From an uncultured Actinomycetes bacterium (lineage in GTDB: Bacteria > Actinomycetota > UBA4738 > HRBIN12), in the NCBI GenBank assembly GCA_963704885.1, contig CAVPIB010000004.1, positions 320,001 through 384,000 on the forward strand: a DNA stretch of 64,000 bases, written 5' to 3'. Below the pieces are notes generated by a model. It was not told where the DNA came from and searched no databases. It saw only the letters and a list, made by a program, of their open reading frames with translations. This document shows positions 1 to 9,846 of this stretch, in pieces (positions within the stretch are counted from its first letter, which is position 1; the number at the start of each line of letters is the position of its first letter). The translations under genes and the position numbers were made by a program.

Positions 1-369
1 GTCGGCGAGCCGACGCAGGATGGCGTTCACGAAGCCGCGCTCTCGTGGGCTCGCCAGCTCGACCGATTCCCCGACCGCCGCATGTTGCGGGATCCTGGTG
101 AAGGCGATCTGGTAGGCCCCTAGGCGCAGGGCCGCGCGAGCTCCTGGGGTCATGCGCGCGACCGGCCGAGTCGCACGGAGCCCGATCGCACGATCGAGGC
201 CCGGGAGTCGCCGGAGTGTTCCGAAGGCCAGTTCGGTAGCCAGGGCGCGGTCCCGGTCCGAGAGCCCGGACCTCGACAGGAGCGCAGGGATCAGCCGGCT
301 GGAATAGCCGCCCTCGTCTGCGACCCGGCGCACGGCTTCGACGGCAACGGATCTGGCGGTCGGGATCAA
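1..369 (-). CDS. rsmB: 16S rRNA m5C967 methyltransferase RsmB/Sun, N-terminal NusB-like domain (runs off window edge)
   Basis: Manual translation from TTG at 369: MIPTARSVAVEAVRRVADEGGYSSRLIP...DRALATELAFGTLRR...LRLGAYQIAFTRIPQHAAVGESVELA...GFVNAILRR; overlaps fmt stop (TTGA); def-fmt-rsmB synteny. Confidence 0.85.
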   Translation of the reverse strand, partial: MIPTARSVAVEAVRRVADEGGYSSRLIPALLSRSGLSDRDRALATELAFGTLRRLPGLDRAIGLRATRPVARMTPGARAALRLGAYQIAFTRIPQHAAVGESVELASPRERGFVNAILRRLAD

Positions 370-1307
370 CCGAGTCGTTCCCCTGGGCTAGGCCTGGCGC
401 CGCGAGCCCAATCCGCGGCCGGCATCCGGCGCCTCCCCGCCGGTGCCACGGCGAGCAGTCGCACCGTGCCCGAGCCCGTCTTCACCAGCACGCCGCTCGC
501 CTGGGTCGCCAAGATCTCCCCACGGGCACCGGGGACGTCCTCCTCCGGTTCGGCCTGGAGCACCTTGAAGGTCGCCCCACGCCAGAGGGTGTTAGCCCCG
601 GGGTCAGGAGCGAACGCTCGGATCCGGTTCACCACATCCGTCGCCGACGCGGTCCAGTCGAGCATCCTGTCTTGGGGTGTCAGCTTGGGCGCGTATGTCG
701 CTGTTCCGCGCTGCGGCTCAGGGGCCGACCCCGCCACCCACGCCCGAACGCTCTCCACGAGCAGTTCCGCGCCGATCCGCGCGAGTCGCCCGCCGAGCGA
801 CCCGGCATCCTCGGCAGGATCGACCGGCTCCTCAACCCTGGCGAGCACCGGCCCCGTATCGAGTCCTTGATCCATGAGCATCACGGTCACGCCCGTGACC
901 CGATCGCCGTGCAGCAGGGCATGCTGGACCGGGCTGGCGCCGCGCCAGCGCGGGAGCAGGGAGAAGTGGAGGTTCACGGCACCGAACCTCGGGATGGACA
1001 GCACATCGACCGATAGCAGCTCCCCGTAGGCCACCACGACGAACAGATCGGACGCAAGCGCCCTCAGATGATCTATCGTTCCTGCGTTTCGGACCGAGTC
1101 GACTTCGTAGAGCGGCGCCCCAAGCTCGCGAGCCGTATCCGCGACCGCCGTCGACCGGGTTCTCGATCCCCGCCCTGCTGGACGAGGAGGGTTCGTGACG
1201 ACGGAGACAACCTCGAGGTCCGTGGCGCCAACGATGCCAGCGAGCGGGGGAACCGACCAGGCGTCGTTGCCCATGAAGACGACGCGTGACGTCGAGGTCA
1301 TGGTCAA
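366..1307 (-). CDS. fmt: Methionyl-tRNA formyltransferase
   Basis: VVVAYG, NLHFSLLPRWRGASP, GLDTGP motifs; downstream of def. Confidence 0.95.
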   Translation of the reverse strand: MTMTSTSRVVFMGNDAWSVPPLAGIVGATDLEVVSVVTNPPRPAGRGSRTRSTAVADTARELGAPLYEVDSVRNAGTIDHLRALASDLFVVVAYGELLSVDVLSIPRFGAVNLHFSLLPRWRGASPVQHALLHGDRVTGVTVMLMDQGLDTGPVLARVEEPVDPAEDAGSLGGRLARIGAELLVESVRAWVAGSAPEPQRGTATYAPKLTPQDRMLDWTASATDVVNRIRAFAPDPGANTLWRGATFKVLQAEPEEDVPGARGEILATQASGVLVKTGSGTVRLLAVAPAGRRRMPAADWARGARPSPGERLG

Positions 1308-1831
1308 CCCTCGTCGCTAGGTCGACGCTTCCGGGGCTCCTGCAGCCCCAGCTCGATGCGCCGGAGCTCGGCCAAGACAGACCTCCGGCCATCCTCATCC
1401 AACCGGTCTATGAACAAGGTCCCCCGCAGGTGATCGGTCTCGTGCTGGAAGATCCTCGCGAGCAGTCCCTCCGCGCTCATCTCGACGGTTTCTCCCCGAA
1501 GGTCCTGCCCTCGGCAGGCGATCGAAGCGAATCGCCTGGTGGGATAGAACGGACCAGGGACGGAGAGGCATCCTTCCTCCAAGACCGCCTCGCCCGCGGG
1601 ACTCAGCAGCTCGGGGTTGGCCATGAACATCGGGCCCGTCTCACCGTCGTCGAACACGAAGACGGCCAGCGAGACCCCAACCTGCGGGCCCGCCAGACCG
1701 ACCCCCGGAGCCTCGTACATCGTCTCGAGCATGTCATCGGCCAGATGCCGAAGCGTCCGATCGAATCGCTCGACGGGTTTGGTCGGCGTCTTCAGCACAG
1801 GGTCGCCCAAGGTGCGGATGGGGATGATCAT
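1304..1831 (-). CDS. def: Peptide deformylase
   Basis: GVGLAGPQVG, EGCLS, QHETDHL motifs. Confidence 0.97.
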   Translation of the reverse strand: MIIPIRTLGDPVLKTPTKPVERFDRTLRHLADDMLETMYEAPGVGLAGPQVGVSLAVFVFDDGETGPMFMANPELLSPAGEAVLEEGCLSVPGPFYPTRRFASIACRGQDLRGETVEMSAEGLLARIFQHETDHLRGTLFIDRLDEDGRRSVLAELRRIELGLQEPRKRRPSDEG

Positions 1832-1852
1832 GTGTCGGCGGCTCCGGTTCGT

Positions 1853-3640
1853 CTAGAGGTGTGGCTCGGCCTCGACCCTGGTCACGAGGTCGCGAGCCGC
1901 GAGCTCACGGACCACGCGGCCGAACTCGGGAACGCGGTCGGGTTCGAGCGCGAGCAAGCATACCGTTTGGTCTCCCACGGACGAGACGAGCAGCGTGATC
2001 GGTCTGTGCCGCGAGAGCGCATCCTCGAGGGCGGGCGGCCCCGCGATCCGGAAGACCGCGGCTCCGATCGGGAACCCGGCGGCCTCCCTGCGGCGACGCT
2101 CGTCTGCGTGGAACCGATCTGGGTTGCCCCGCACCAGAGCCTGGATCGCTGGGTCCGTGGAACGCTCTGCCTGAACGATCGCCCGCCCCGACGGCCGTGC
2201 CCATCCCACGGCCTCCATCCAGGTGGAGAGCGCTCGCTCACGGGAGTCCAGTCCAGGCCGGCGTTCCGCTAGATCCGCGTCGAGGATCGCGACCAGATCC
2301 AGCCCGCCCGGACCCAGATCACGCACTGCCTCGGGTCCGCCAACCAGTACCTCCCCTTCGACCGGCAGACGAGGTCTGCCCTTCGGAGGGATACGGCTGA
2401 CGGGAACGAGCGCCGTCGACGATGCCCACTCCTCCACCCGCTCGGCGCCTCCGCGTCGGATCCCGAAGTCCGTGGCACCACAGACCGCGCATCGTCCCTC
2501 CGCCTCGCACACGACGCACCGAACGACTCCCTCCTCGGAACGCAGGAGGCCGCCACATGCCGCACAAGCCGCCGGGTTCGCACAGACACGGCAGACCTGA
2601 GCCACCCCGTACCCGTGGAGCGGCGACAGCAGGAATGCCCGCTTCGCTTCACGCAGAGCCCGCACGAGGCGCGGCGCCCGCCCCTCCGGGCCTGGACGGA
2701 CCACCTCGACGGGAGGCCATCGGCGCGTCGTGGGTGCGACTACGGTCGCGGGCAGCAGGGTCGACTCGGTCGAGGGGCAGATCGCAGACAGGACGCAGAC
2801 CGCTTCCGAGAGCTCGGCGCGTCGCAGGCTGACATCCCGCGAGTGGTGGTACGGCGACCGGTCTTCGCGATGAGCCGGGTGGCTCTCGCGCGAGACGAAT
2901 ATGAGTCCCAGATCGGGTTGGGGCGCGAACACCGCTGGACGCGTGCCGACGATCACGTCGTACCGACCGGCGTGGATCTCCAGCCAACGCCGGTAGCGCA
3001 TCCGACGATCACCCCCCAACAAGATCCCGACGCGCTCCCCGAACGCCTCTTCGACGGCCACCGCCGTCGCTGGCCTCGGGGATGCCTCGGGTACCAGAAC
3101 GATCGCCCTCCGCCCTCCCACGAGGCAGTTCGCCACGGCCTCGACGGCGATGCTCACTTCGTCTTCGGGAGCCGGACGGACGAGGAATAGGCCGGACCCC
3201 CCGCCGATCGCGTGGCCGAGCTCCGGTCCGTTCCGATAGTCGCCAAGGGGTCGTGGGGACACGACCGAACCCCGCGCATCTCCGATCGTCCCTGATCGGA
3301 TACCGGCCTCCTCGGATGCCACCCGCGGCGGATGCGACCTAGCGATGACCGCCGCGAGCGGCGCCACGTAGCGTTCGCTCACCCATCGCAGGAGCTCCAG
3401 CAGGTCGGCGTCGAAGTACCGCACCGGGGAGACGGCCTTGCGGACATCGAGGATCCGGGGCGGAACGTCGTCCGTCGCTCCGAGCACCCACCCCCTGATC
3501 GATCGCCCGTGGAAAGGCACCTGGACCAGCGAGCCCACTCCTGCGTCCATCTCGCCGGGGAGCCGATACGTGAACGGTCGGTCGAGCGCGAGGATGGGGC
3601 GGTCGATGCAGATCTCGACGGGCCCGTCGAGGCGGCTACC
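1853..3640 (-). CDS. priA: Primosomal protein N' (PriA), actinobacterial type with degenerate helicase motifs; start codon unclear
   Basis: LDRPFTY and [11 protein letters not shown] 3'-DNA-binding domain, [12 protein letters not shown], four CxxC pairs (CRVC, CAAC, CVVC, CAVC); metK-priA-def synteny. Homology starts right at the metK stop with no ATG/GTG/TTG there, so the 5' end is approximate. Confidence 0.85.
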   Translation of the reverse strand, partial: GSRLDGPVEICIDRPILALDRPFTYRLPGEMDAGVGSLVQVPFHGRSIRGWVLGATDDVPPRILDVRKAVSPVRYFDADLLELLRWVSERYVAPLAAVIARSHPPRVASEEAGIRSGTIGDARGSVVSPRPLGDYRNGPELGHAIGGGSGLFLVRPAPEDEVSIAVEAVANCLVGGRRAIVLVPEASPRPATAVAVEEAFGERVGILLGGDRRMRYRRWLEIHAGRYDVIVGTRPAVFAPQPDLGLIFVSRESHPAHREDRSPYHHSRDVSLRRAELSEAVCVLSAICPSTESTLLPATVVAPTTRRWPPVEVVRPGPEGRAPRLVRALREAKRAFLLSPLHGYGVAQVCRVCANPAACAACGGLLRSEEGVVRCVVCEAEGRCAVCGATDFGIRRGGAERVEEWASSTALVPVSRIPPKGRPRLPVEGEVLVGGPEAVRDLGPGGLDLVAILDADLAERRPGLDSRERALSTWMEAVGWARPSGRAIVQAERSTDPAIQALVRGNPDRFHADERRRREAAGFPIGAAVFRIAGPPALEDALSRHRPITLLVSSVGDQTVCLLALEPDRVPEFGRVVRELAARDLVTRVEAEPHL

Positions 3641-4829
3641 CGACGGCTCGGCGGAGGTCGTCGACGCGGTCGGTCGCCTCCCACGGGAACTCTTTGCGCC
3701 CGAAGTGGCCGTAGGCTGCGGTGTCCCGGTAGATCGGGCGAGCGAGATCGAGGTCGCGGATGATGGCGGCGGGACGGAAGTCGAAGACCTCCAGGATCGC
3801 CGGTTGTAGCTTCGACGGATCCACTTGCTCGGTGCCATAGGTCTCGACCATCAACGAGGTGGGATGTGCGGTGCCGATCGCGTACGCGACCTGGATCTGA
3901 CAGCGGTCGGCCAGGCCCGAGGCCACGATGTGCTTGGCGACGTAGCGAGCCATGTAGGCCGCCGACCGGTCCACCTTCGTGGGGTCCTTGCCACTGAAAG
4001 CACCGCCGCCGTGCGGCGCCATGCCCCCGTAGCTGTCCACGATGATCTTCCGGCCCGTGAGGCCGGTGTCGGCCTTGGGTCCGCCGATCTCGAAGCGTCC
4101 GGTCGGGTTCACCAGCGGCTCGCGCATGGAGCTCGCATCCACGTCGGGGAATTCACGGAGCACAGGTTCGATCACCTCGGCGATGATGTCGGGTCTCAGC
4201 AGCGTCTCGACGTCGACCTCCTCCCGATGCTGGGCGGAGATCAACACCGAGTCCACGCGGTGCGGCTTCCCATCCCGGTACTCGATGCTCACCTGCGCCT
4301 TGCCGTCGGGTCGCAGGTATGGCACGACGCCGGCCTTGCGAACGTCGGCCAGTCGCTTGGCCAGCCTGTGAGCCATGGCTATCGGCAGAGGCATCAGTTC
4401 CTCGGTGTCGCGGCAGGCGAAGCCGAACATCATGCCCTGATCGCCCGCTCCGAGAAGGTCCAGCGGATCTCCGGAGTGACCCTCCCTGTGCTCGAGTGAG
4501 TCCTCGACACCGCGGGCGATATCGGGAGACTGCTCTTGGATCGCCGTGATGACGCCGCATGTCTCACCGTCGAGACCGAACTTCGCATCGGTGTAGCCGA
4601 CATCGGTGACGGTAGAACGCACGACGGACGGGATATCGATCCAGCTCTCCGTGGTGATCTCCCCTGCGACCATGACGAGCCCCGTCGTGACGAGCGTCTC
4701 GCACGCGACGCGGCTCTGCGGGTCCTTCTTGAGCAACGCATCGAGCACGGCGTCAGAGATCTGGTCCGCGAGCTTGTCGGGATGCCCTTCGGTGACCGAC
4801 TCCGATGAGAAGAAGTAGTCCTGGCTCAT
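3636..4829 (-). CDS. metK: S-adenosylmethionine synthetase
   Basis: [26 protein letters not shown] signatures. Confidence 0.98.
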   Translation of the reverse strand: MSQDYFFSSESVTEGHPDKLADQISDAVLDALLKKDPQSRVACETLVTTGLVMVAGEITTESWIDIPSVVRSTVTDVGYTDAKFGLDGETCGVITAIQEQSPDIARGVEDSLEHREGHSGDPLDLLGAGDQGMMFGFACRDTEELMPLPIAMAHRLAKRLADVRKAGVVPYLRPDGKAQVSIEYRDGKPHRVDSVLISAQHREEVDVETLLRPDIIAEVIEPVLREFPDVDASSMREPLVNPTGRFEIGGPKADTGLTGRKIIVDSYGGMAPHGGGAFSGKDPTKVDRSAAYMARYVAKHIVASGLADRCQIQVAYAIGTAHPTSLMVETYGTEQVDPSKLQPAILEVFDFRPAAIIRDLDLARPIYRDTAAYGHFGRKEFPWEATDRVDDLRRAVG

Positions 4830-4838
4830 ACCGGCGCG

Positions 4839-4844
4839 AGTATA
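4839..4844 (-). promoter_or_regulatory. Putative -10 element (TATACT) of a leaderless or very short-leader metK transcript
   Basis: TATACT 9 nt upstream of the ATG, no Shine-Dalgarno. Confidence 0.55.
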
Positions 4845-4851
4845 GCCTCGG

Positions 4852-6063
4852 TCAGGGCCGCGACCCTGACCGCCGTCCGGACAACGAGATCACGAGTCGG
4901 TCGCAGATGGCGGTCGCGAGCTCGGCCTTGGTCCACATGCGCAGAACCTCTTCCGGTCCGGCCTCCGTCAAGAGCATCGCCTCGCTCGTGTCTGAACCGA
5001 ACCCGGTCCCCTGGCGTCCGACGCGGTTCACGACGACCAGATCCAGATTCTTCGCCTGCAGCTTCCGACGTCCCGCATCCTGCAGACCTTGCGTCTCGGC
5101 CGCGAACCCGATCAACACCTTGTTCCCCTTGCGTTCGCCGAGCTCACGCAGGATGTCGGGGGTGGGCTCGAGGTGCAGCTCTGGGATGCCCGCCTCCTTC
5201 TTCAGCTTGTCCTCGGCGGAGATCTTGGGACGGAAATCCGCCACGGCCGCCGCCATCACCACAGCGTCCGCGTCTTCGAACGCCGTCAGGACGGCGGCGC
5301 GCATCTCTTCGGCGGTCGAGACCTCCTCGATCGAAAGACCGCCCGGTGGTCGAACCGAGCCGGGCCCAAGCACCAGGAGTACGTCGGCTCCGCGCGACGC
5401 CGCTTCAGCCGCGACGGCCACGCCCATCCTTCCACTCGAGCGGTTGCCTATGAACCGGACCGGGTCGATCGGCTCATGCGTCGGTCCCGCGGTGACGACC
5501 ACGCGGAATCCGGCGAGATCCTCACGCCCGAGCGCCCCCCGTGCGGCGGCGACGATGTCGGCCGGCTCGGCCATCCGTCCCACTCCTTCATCCCCGGCTG
5601 CCAACGCTCCCGAGGCCGGCCCGACCAGCCGCACACCCCGATCCTTCAGCATTCCGACGTTCGAACGCGTGGCCGGGTGCTCCCACATGCCCGTGTGCAT
5701 GGCCGGCGCGATGACCAGCGGGCAGCGGGCTTCCAGGAGGGTCGCCGTCAAAAGGTCATCGGCCAGACCGTTAGCGAGTTTCGCGATGACGTTGGCCGTG
5801 GCCGGCGCGACGATCGCCAGATCTGCCGACCTCGCCAGTTCTACGTGCAGGACGATGCCCGGCTGCTCCCACAACGACGTGTGAACGGGATTGGCTGTCA
5901 GTGCCGCGAACGTCTCGATCCCGATGAACCTCTCCGCCGACGCTGTCATGACGACGTGGATGTCGGCCCCCTGGGACCCCAAGAGTCGAGCGAGCGCGGC
6001 GGACTTATACGCAGCGATGCCCCCCGAGACCCCGAGCAGGATCCGGCGGCCGGCGAGGCTATT
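4852..6063 (-). CDS. coaBC: Bifunctional phosphopantothenoylcysteine decarboxylase/synthetase; start codon unclear
   Basis: In-frame upstream extension gives [20 protein letters not shown]; [51 protein letters not shown] motifs; ORF track starts late (5982). Confidence 0.92.
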   Translation of the reverse strand, partial: NSLAGRRILLGVSGGIAAYKSAALARLLGSQGADIHVVMTASAERFIGIETFAALTANPVHTSLWEQPGIVLHVELARSADLAIVAPATANVIAKLANGLADDLLTATLLEARCPLVIAPAMHTGMWEHPATRSNVGMLKDRGVRLVGPASGALAAGDEGVGRMAEPADIVAAARGALGREDLAGFRVVVTAGPTHEPIDPVRFIGNRSSGRMGVAVAAEAASRGADVLLVLGPGSVRPPGGLSIEEVSTAEEMRAAVLTAFEDADAVVMAAAVADFRPKISAEDKLKKEAGIPELHLEPTPDILRELGERKGNKVLIGFAAETQGLQDAGRRKLQAKNLDLVVVNRVGRQGTGFGSDTSEAMLLTEAGPEEVLRMWTKAELATAICDRLVISLSGRRSGSRP

Positions 6064-6307
6064 CGGCTGCTGGCTCCTCGGTTCGCTCGTAGTCGATCTT
6101 CCCCTCGGCGATCTCCTCGAGGGCGATCGACAACGGCTTGTTGGTGAGACCGCCGCTCTCGATCAGCGGCGGGATGTATTCCGCGCGCCCCTCACCGAGC
6201 TGGCTGTAATAGGCATTGATCTCTCGCGCGCGCTTGGCGGCGAGGATCACGAGTGTGTACTTGGAGTCGACGGCTGCGAGCAGATCGTCGATCTTGGGTT
6301 CGATCAT
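6059..6307 (-). CDS. rpoZ: RNA polymerase omega subunit
   Basis: [27 protein letters not shown]...[10 protein letters not shown]; ATGA overlap with gmk. Confidence 0.95.
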   Translation of the reverse strand: MIEPKIDDLLAAVDSKYTLVILAAKRAREINAYYSQLGEGRAEYIPPLIESGGLTNKPLSIALEEIAEGKIDYERTEEPAAE

Positions 6308-6897
6308 GGGGCAGACTCCTCTGGTGGTTCGGAGCGGGATGCGTCGATGATAGCAGCGACCTGGTCCGTTGCACGCTCGAGCGCATCGTTCACGACCACA
6401 TGGTCGAACCATCCCGCCTGGGCGATCTCCCACGCAGCCTTCTCGAGTCGCTGCGTCATGCGCTCGTCGGACTCCGTGCCTCGGCCCCGCAATCGAGCCT
6501 CCAGATCGGCGAGGGAGGGCGGTGCGAGGAAGATCAGGAGTGCCTTGGGCGCGCGTTGCTTCACCTGCTGGGCCCCCTGCACGTCGATCTCCAGGACCAC
6601 GTCCCGGCCGGCATCGAGTTGATCCTCCACCTCCGCGGCGGGCGTTCCGTAGGCGTTCCCGAACACGTCCGCCCATTCCAGCAAGCCACCGCTCTCGGCC
6701 AAGGCGCGGAAGGACGCCTGGTCCACGAACAGGTAGTCACGGCCCTCGACCTCGGTGGAGCGCGGGTCTCTGGTGGTGGCCGACACGGACAGCGCGAGCC
6801 CCTCCGGATCTCTGGCGAGGAGCCGTTTGACGACGCTCCCCTTCCCGACCCCGGAGGGGCCCGCGATGACGATCAACCTGCCTCGGCGCGAGGCCAA
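6304..6897 (-). CDS. gmk: Guanylate kinase
   Basis: [10 protein letters not shown]-loop, [19 protein letters not shown]. Confidence 0.97.
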   Translation of the reverse strand: MASRRGRLIVIAGPSGVGKGSVVKRLLARDPEGLALSVSATTRDPRSTEVEGRDYLFVDQASFRALAESGGLLEWADVFGNAYGTPAAEVEDQLDAGRDVVLEIDVQGAQQVKQRAPKALLIFLAPPSLADLEARLRGRGTESDERMTQRLEKAAWEIAQAGWFDHVVVNDALERATDQVAAIIDASRSEPPEESAP

Positions 6898-6903
6898 GGC
6901 GCG

Positions 6904-7215
6904 TTACTTCTTGAACTTCTCGAGGAGCTGCTCGCGCTGCTTCGCCCCGAGGCCGCGAACGCGCCGGCTCACCGAGATATCGAGCTCCTCCATCAGCTTC
7001 TGAGCGCGCACCTTGCCGACGCCGGGCAGGGACTCGAGCACGTTCGACACCTTCATCTTGCCGACGATATCGTCGCCCGACCTTGAAAGCACATCCTTCA
7101 GCGTCAGCTTGCCGGACTTCAACTCGCCCTTCAGCTCGGCACGCTTCTTCCGCGCCTCAGCGGCTTTCGCGAGGGCTTGCGTTCGCTGTTCGGGTGTCAG
7201 GGTCGGTAGGGCCAT
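6904..7215 (-). CDS. mihF: Actinobacterial integration host factor (mIHF/sIHF)
   Basis: MALPTLTPEQR..ALAKAAEAR..RAELK...LESLPGVGKVRA...RRVRGLG; AAGGAG RBS; pyrF-mihF-gmk synteny. Confidence 0.93.
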   Translation of the reverse strand: MALPTLTPEQRTQALAKAAEARKKRAELKGELKSGKLTLKDVLSRSGDDIVGKMKVSNVLESLPGVGKVRAQKLMEELDISVSRRVRGLGAKQREQLLEKFKK

Positions 7216-7254
7216 CACGCGCTCCTTTACGCTCTGCGGATCGGGAACTCGGCG

Positions 7255-7284
7255 AGTATACGCACGGCTCCGAGCGCGGGACAA
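7255..7284 (-). promoter_or_regulatory. Housekeeping-sigma promoter for mihF-gmk-rpoZ-coaBC
   Basis: TTGTCC-N18-TATACT upstream of mihF. Confidence 0.6.
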
Positions 7285-7349
7285 CGCGGATATGACGCGC
7301 TGCCTGCGGTTTCAGATGGTATGGGTCGCCGCTCGCGTGTCGCTCGATC

Positions 7350-8033
7350 TCATCTCACGTCGTGCAAGATGCCGCGGGCCACGCCCACCGGATCACCTGC
7401 GTCGGTGATGGGACGACCGAGCACCAGGAAGTCGGCGCCCTTCTCGATCGCGGCGCGCGGCGTCAACACCCTGACCTGATCGTGACCGTTGCCACCCTCC
7501 GGGCGGATCCCTGGAACGACCAAGCAGAACACGTCGCCGCACACCGCCCGGACGTCACCGACGTCATCGCCGGATACGACGACGCCGTCGAGCCCGCTCT
7601 CCTTCGCCTCGAAAGCTAGCGATGTCGGACTGGCCAGCCCTTCGCCGGACTGACTCGACAAGACGGTAACGGCGATGACGAGCGGAGCTGGCACCCCGGC
7701 ATCAGCCGCGCCCCGATCTGCTCCCCGCCGGGCGGCGCGCATCATCTCCTCGCCTCCGAGCGCGTGCACGTTGAGCATGCGTACGCCGAGGCGTGCGATG
7801 TTGGCCGCCGAGCGTTCCACCGTGTTCGGGATGTCATGCAGCTTCGCGTCCACGAACACCGGAGCGTGAGGCGCGATGCGCCGCACCGCTCCTGGGCCTT
7901 GTGCCCAGAACAGCTCCAGCCCGACCTTGAGCATCCCCACGTGCGGGCCTAGCGCTTCCGCGAGTTCCTCCGCCCGTGTCAGGTTCGACATGTCCAGGGC
8001 GGCGACGATCGGGTTCTCGGGCCGAGGGATCAT
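7350..8033 (-). CDS. pyrF: Orotidine-5'-phosphate decarboxylase
   Basis: ALD, KVGLEL, DAKLHDIPNTV, VPGIR, GRPIT; ATGA overlap with pyrD. Confidence 0.95.
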   Translation of the reverse strand: MIPRPENPIVAALDMSNLTRAEELAEALGPHVGMLKVGLELFWAQGPGAVRRIAPHAPVFVDAKLHDIPNTVERSAANIARLGVRMLNVHALGGEEMMRAARRGADRGAADAGVPAPLVIAVTVLSSQSGEGLASPTSLAFEAKESGLDGVVVSGDDVGDVRAVCGDVFCLVVPGIRPEGGNGHDQVRVLTPRAAIEKGADFLVLGRPITDAGDPVGVARGILHDVR

Positions 8034-8977
8034 GTGCGAGGCGGCCCTTGCGCCGCCGCCGGCACCCGGAGCCGCCCGCGGAGTTCGGCGGGAGACCCGA
8101 TACGCTTCTCCTTGAGGTAGGCGGCCACGCCCCGGGCGATCTCGACCGGAGCGGAGGGATCGATCAGCGTCGCCGTTCCCACCTGCACGGCCCAAGCACC
8201 CGCCAAGAGCATCTCCACCGCGTCTTGGCCCGATCGCACACCGCCGACGGCGAGGATCGGTGTCTCGGGCAACGCGCGTGCCACCTCGAAGACCGCGCGC
8301 AGCGTGACCGGCTTCATGGCTGGTCCAGACAACCAGCCCGTCACGGCGCCGAGCCCCGGTCTGAGCGTGTTCGCATCAACGGACATCGCGTGCGGCGCGT
8401 CGAGCAACGTGAGGCCGTGCGCCCCCGCGCGGACCACGCCCCTGGCCAACTCGACCAGATCGGTCGCGACCGCCGGGAGCTTCGCGAATACCGGAACCAT
8501 CGACATCCGAGCCACCGCACCGATCACCTCGATCACTCGCTCGGGATGTGCCCCCAGCAGAGGGCGGTCGAGCTCGTCGTCGGGCTCAGAGAGCCGAACC
8601 TCGATGGCCGTCAACCCGGGCTTGCCCTGGAGCAGTGTCGTAAGGCGCACATACTCCTCCAGGGTTCCACCGGTGATGGAGACGATGATCGCGGTTCCGG
8701 CCTTCGCGAACCTCGGCATCTCCTCCTCGAGGAACGCTTCTATCCCTGGGTTCTGCATGCCCGTGGACCAGTTGATGCCCGCCGGGGTCTCGGCGATCCG
8801 GGGTGTGGGGTCACCGCGTCGCGGACGCAGGGTGATGCTCCTCGTGACTATCGCTCCGATGCGCCGGGTGTCGACGAGTCCGGTGAGCTCCCGGCCGGTC
8901 CCGGCGCAGCCCGAGGCGATCATGACCGGGGTCGCCAGAACCAGCCCGCCGAGGTCGACGGCTATCGAACGCTTCAC
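8030..8977 (-). CDS. pyrD: Dihydroorotate dehydrogenase class 1B catalytic-subunit homologue with substituted active site
   Basis: PVMIASG, PRIAETPAG, GMQNPG, LSGPAMKP, GGV, GAWAVQVGTA; position in pyr operon; NxSCPN motif reads RLSEPD. Confidence 0.8.
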   Translation of the reverse strand: MKRSIAVDLGGLVLATPVMIASGCAGTGRELTGLVDTRRIGAIVTRSITLRPRRGDPTPRIAETPAGINWSTGMQNPGIEAFLEEEMPRFAKAGTAIIVSITGGTLEEYVRLTTLLQGKPGLTAIEVRLSEPDDELDRPLLGAHPERVIEVIGAVARMSMVPVFAKLPAVATDLVELARGVVRAGAHGLTLLDAPHAMSVDANTLRPGLGAVTGWLSGPAMKPVTLRAVFEVARALPETPILAVGGVRSGQDAVEMLLAGAWAVQVGTATLIDPSAPVEIARGVAAYLKEKRIGSPAELRGRLRVPAAAQGPPRT

Positions 8978-9846
8978 CCCGGCCACGAACGCACCACCGG
9001 AAGTCCCTCGGGCGGCGTCGGAAGCATCGTCGGCGCGTCCGAGAGCCAGCGATCCCACAGCACCCGCGCCGGATTGAAGACAGGCCCGTCGACGCACGAA
9101 CGGAGGTGGTCATAGCCGCTTCCGTCCTTGCGCGCCACGGGAACGACGCATGTGAAGCAAAGGCCGAACCCGCACCCCATGCGCTCCTCGATGGCGACCT
9201 GCGCGGGGATCTGCCGGTCGCGACAGAACGCGGCGATCCGCTCGAGCGTCGGAGGCGACGCGGCCGCATACAACACCTCAGCCGAGCAGCGGTCGGCCAT
9301 GTCGCCCAGCACGTCGAGCACAGAACCACGGTCCCCCAGGCTCCCGTCGGCTGTCACGATCTCTATCGTCTGGGACAGCCGTTTGCCTTCGATGGGCTTG
9401 AACACTCGCTCCAGCGTGTCGCCGCCCACGATCATGTCGACACGCTTGTGACGGGCGATCAACTCCTGGGCCAAGAAGTAGAGCGAGGCCGCGCCGTGCC
9501 CCTCGGCCACCAGCAGGCAGTTCGTGAGGCGCTTGGGGTAGGAGTAGCCCTTCCCGAGCGGCCCGATGACGTCCAGGAACTCATGGGCGCGCGCGTTCCC
9601 CAACCACGCTGTCCCGGGGCCCGTCGCATCCACGACGAACTCGAGCGTGCCGGCCCATCCACCCTGCCTGGAGGCCTGATGGATCACGAAGTGTCTGCGG
9701 AGCAAGAACTCCCGCCCGTGCGGCATCTGGATGGCGAGGAACTGTCCGGGGCGCGACCGCTCCGCGATCTCGGGTGCGACCAGGGTGATCGAGTGGTACG
9801 CGCCGAGCCGGCGGGTCGAGAGGATCTCGGCGCGGGTGCGCTTCAC
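8974..9846 (-). CDS. pyrK: Dihydroorotate dehydrogenase electron transfer subunit (FAD/2Fe-2S) homologue
   Basis: [24 protein letters not shown]...CVDGPVF 2Fe-2S motif; NAD-binding motifs altered. Confidence 0.85.
   Translation of the reverse strand: MKRTRAEILSTRRLGAYHSITLVAPEIAERSRPGQFLAIQMPHGREFLLRRHFVIHQASRQGGWAGTLEFVVDATGPGTAWLGNARAHEFLDVIGPLGKGYSYPKRLTNCLLVAEGHGAASLYFLAQELIARHKRVDMIVGGDTLERVFKPIEGKRLSQTIEIVTADGSLGDRGSVLDVLGDMADRCSAEVLYAAASPPTLERIAAFCRDRQIPAQVAIEERMGCGFGLCFTCVVPVARKDGSGYDHLRSCVDGPVFNPARVLWDRWLSDAPTMLPTPPEGLPVVRSWPG

Noticed and set aside
1853-3640. PriA lacking Walker A/DExH motifs as a novelty
   Set aside because: Helicase-degenerate PriA is already known in Actinobacteria.
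6308-6676. Long N-terminal extensions in the ORF track (rpoZ, pyrF, carA, carB, aroB, pepQ, alaS, ruvA, yajC)
   Set aside because: They overlap upstream genes; starts were reassigned using homology, RBS and stop/start overlaps.
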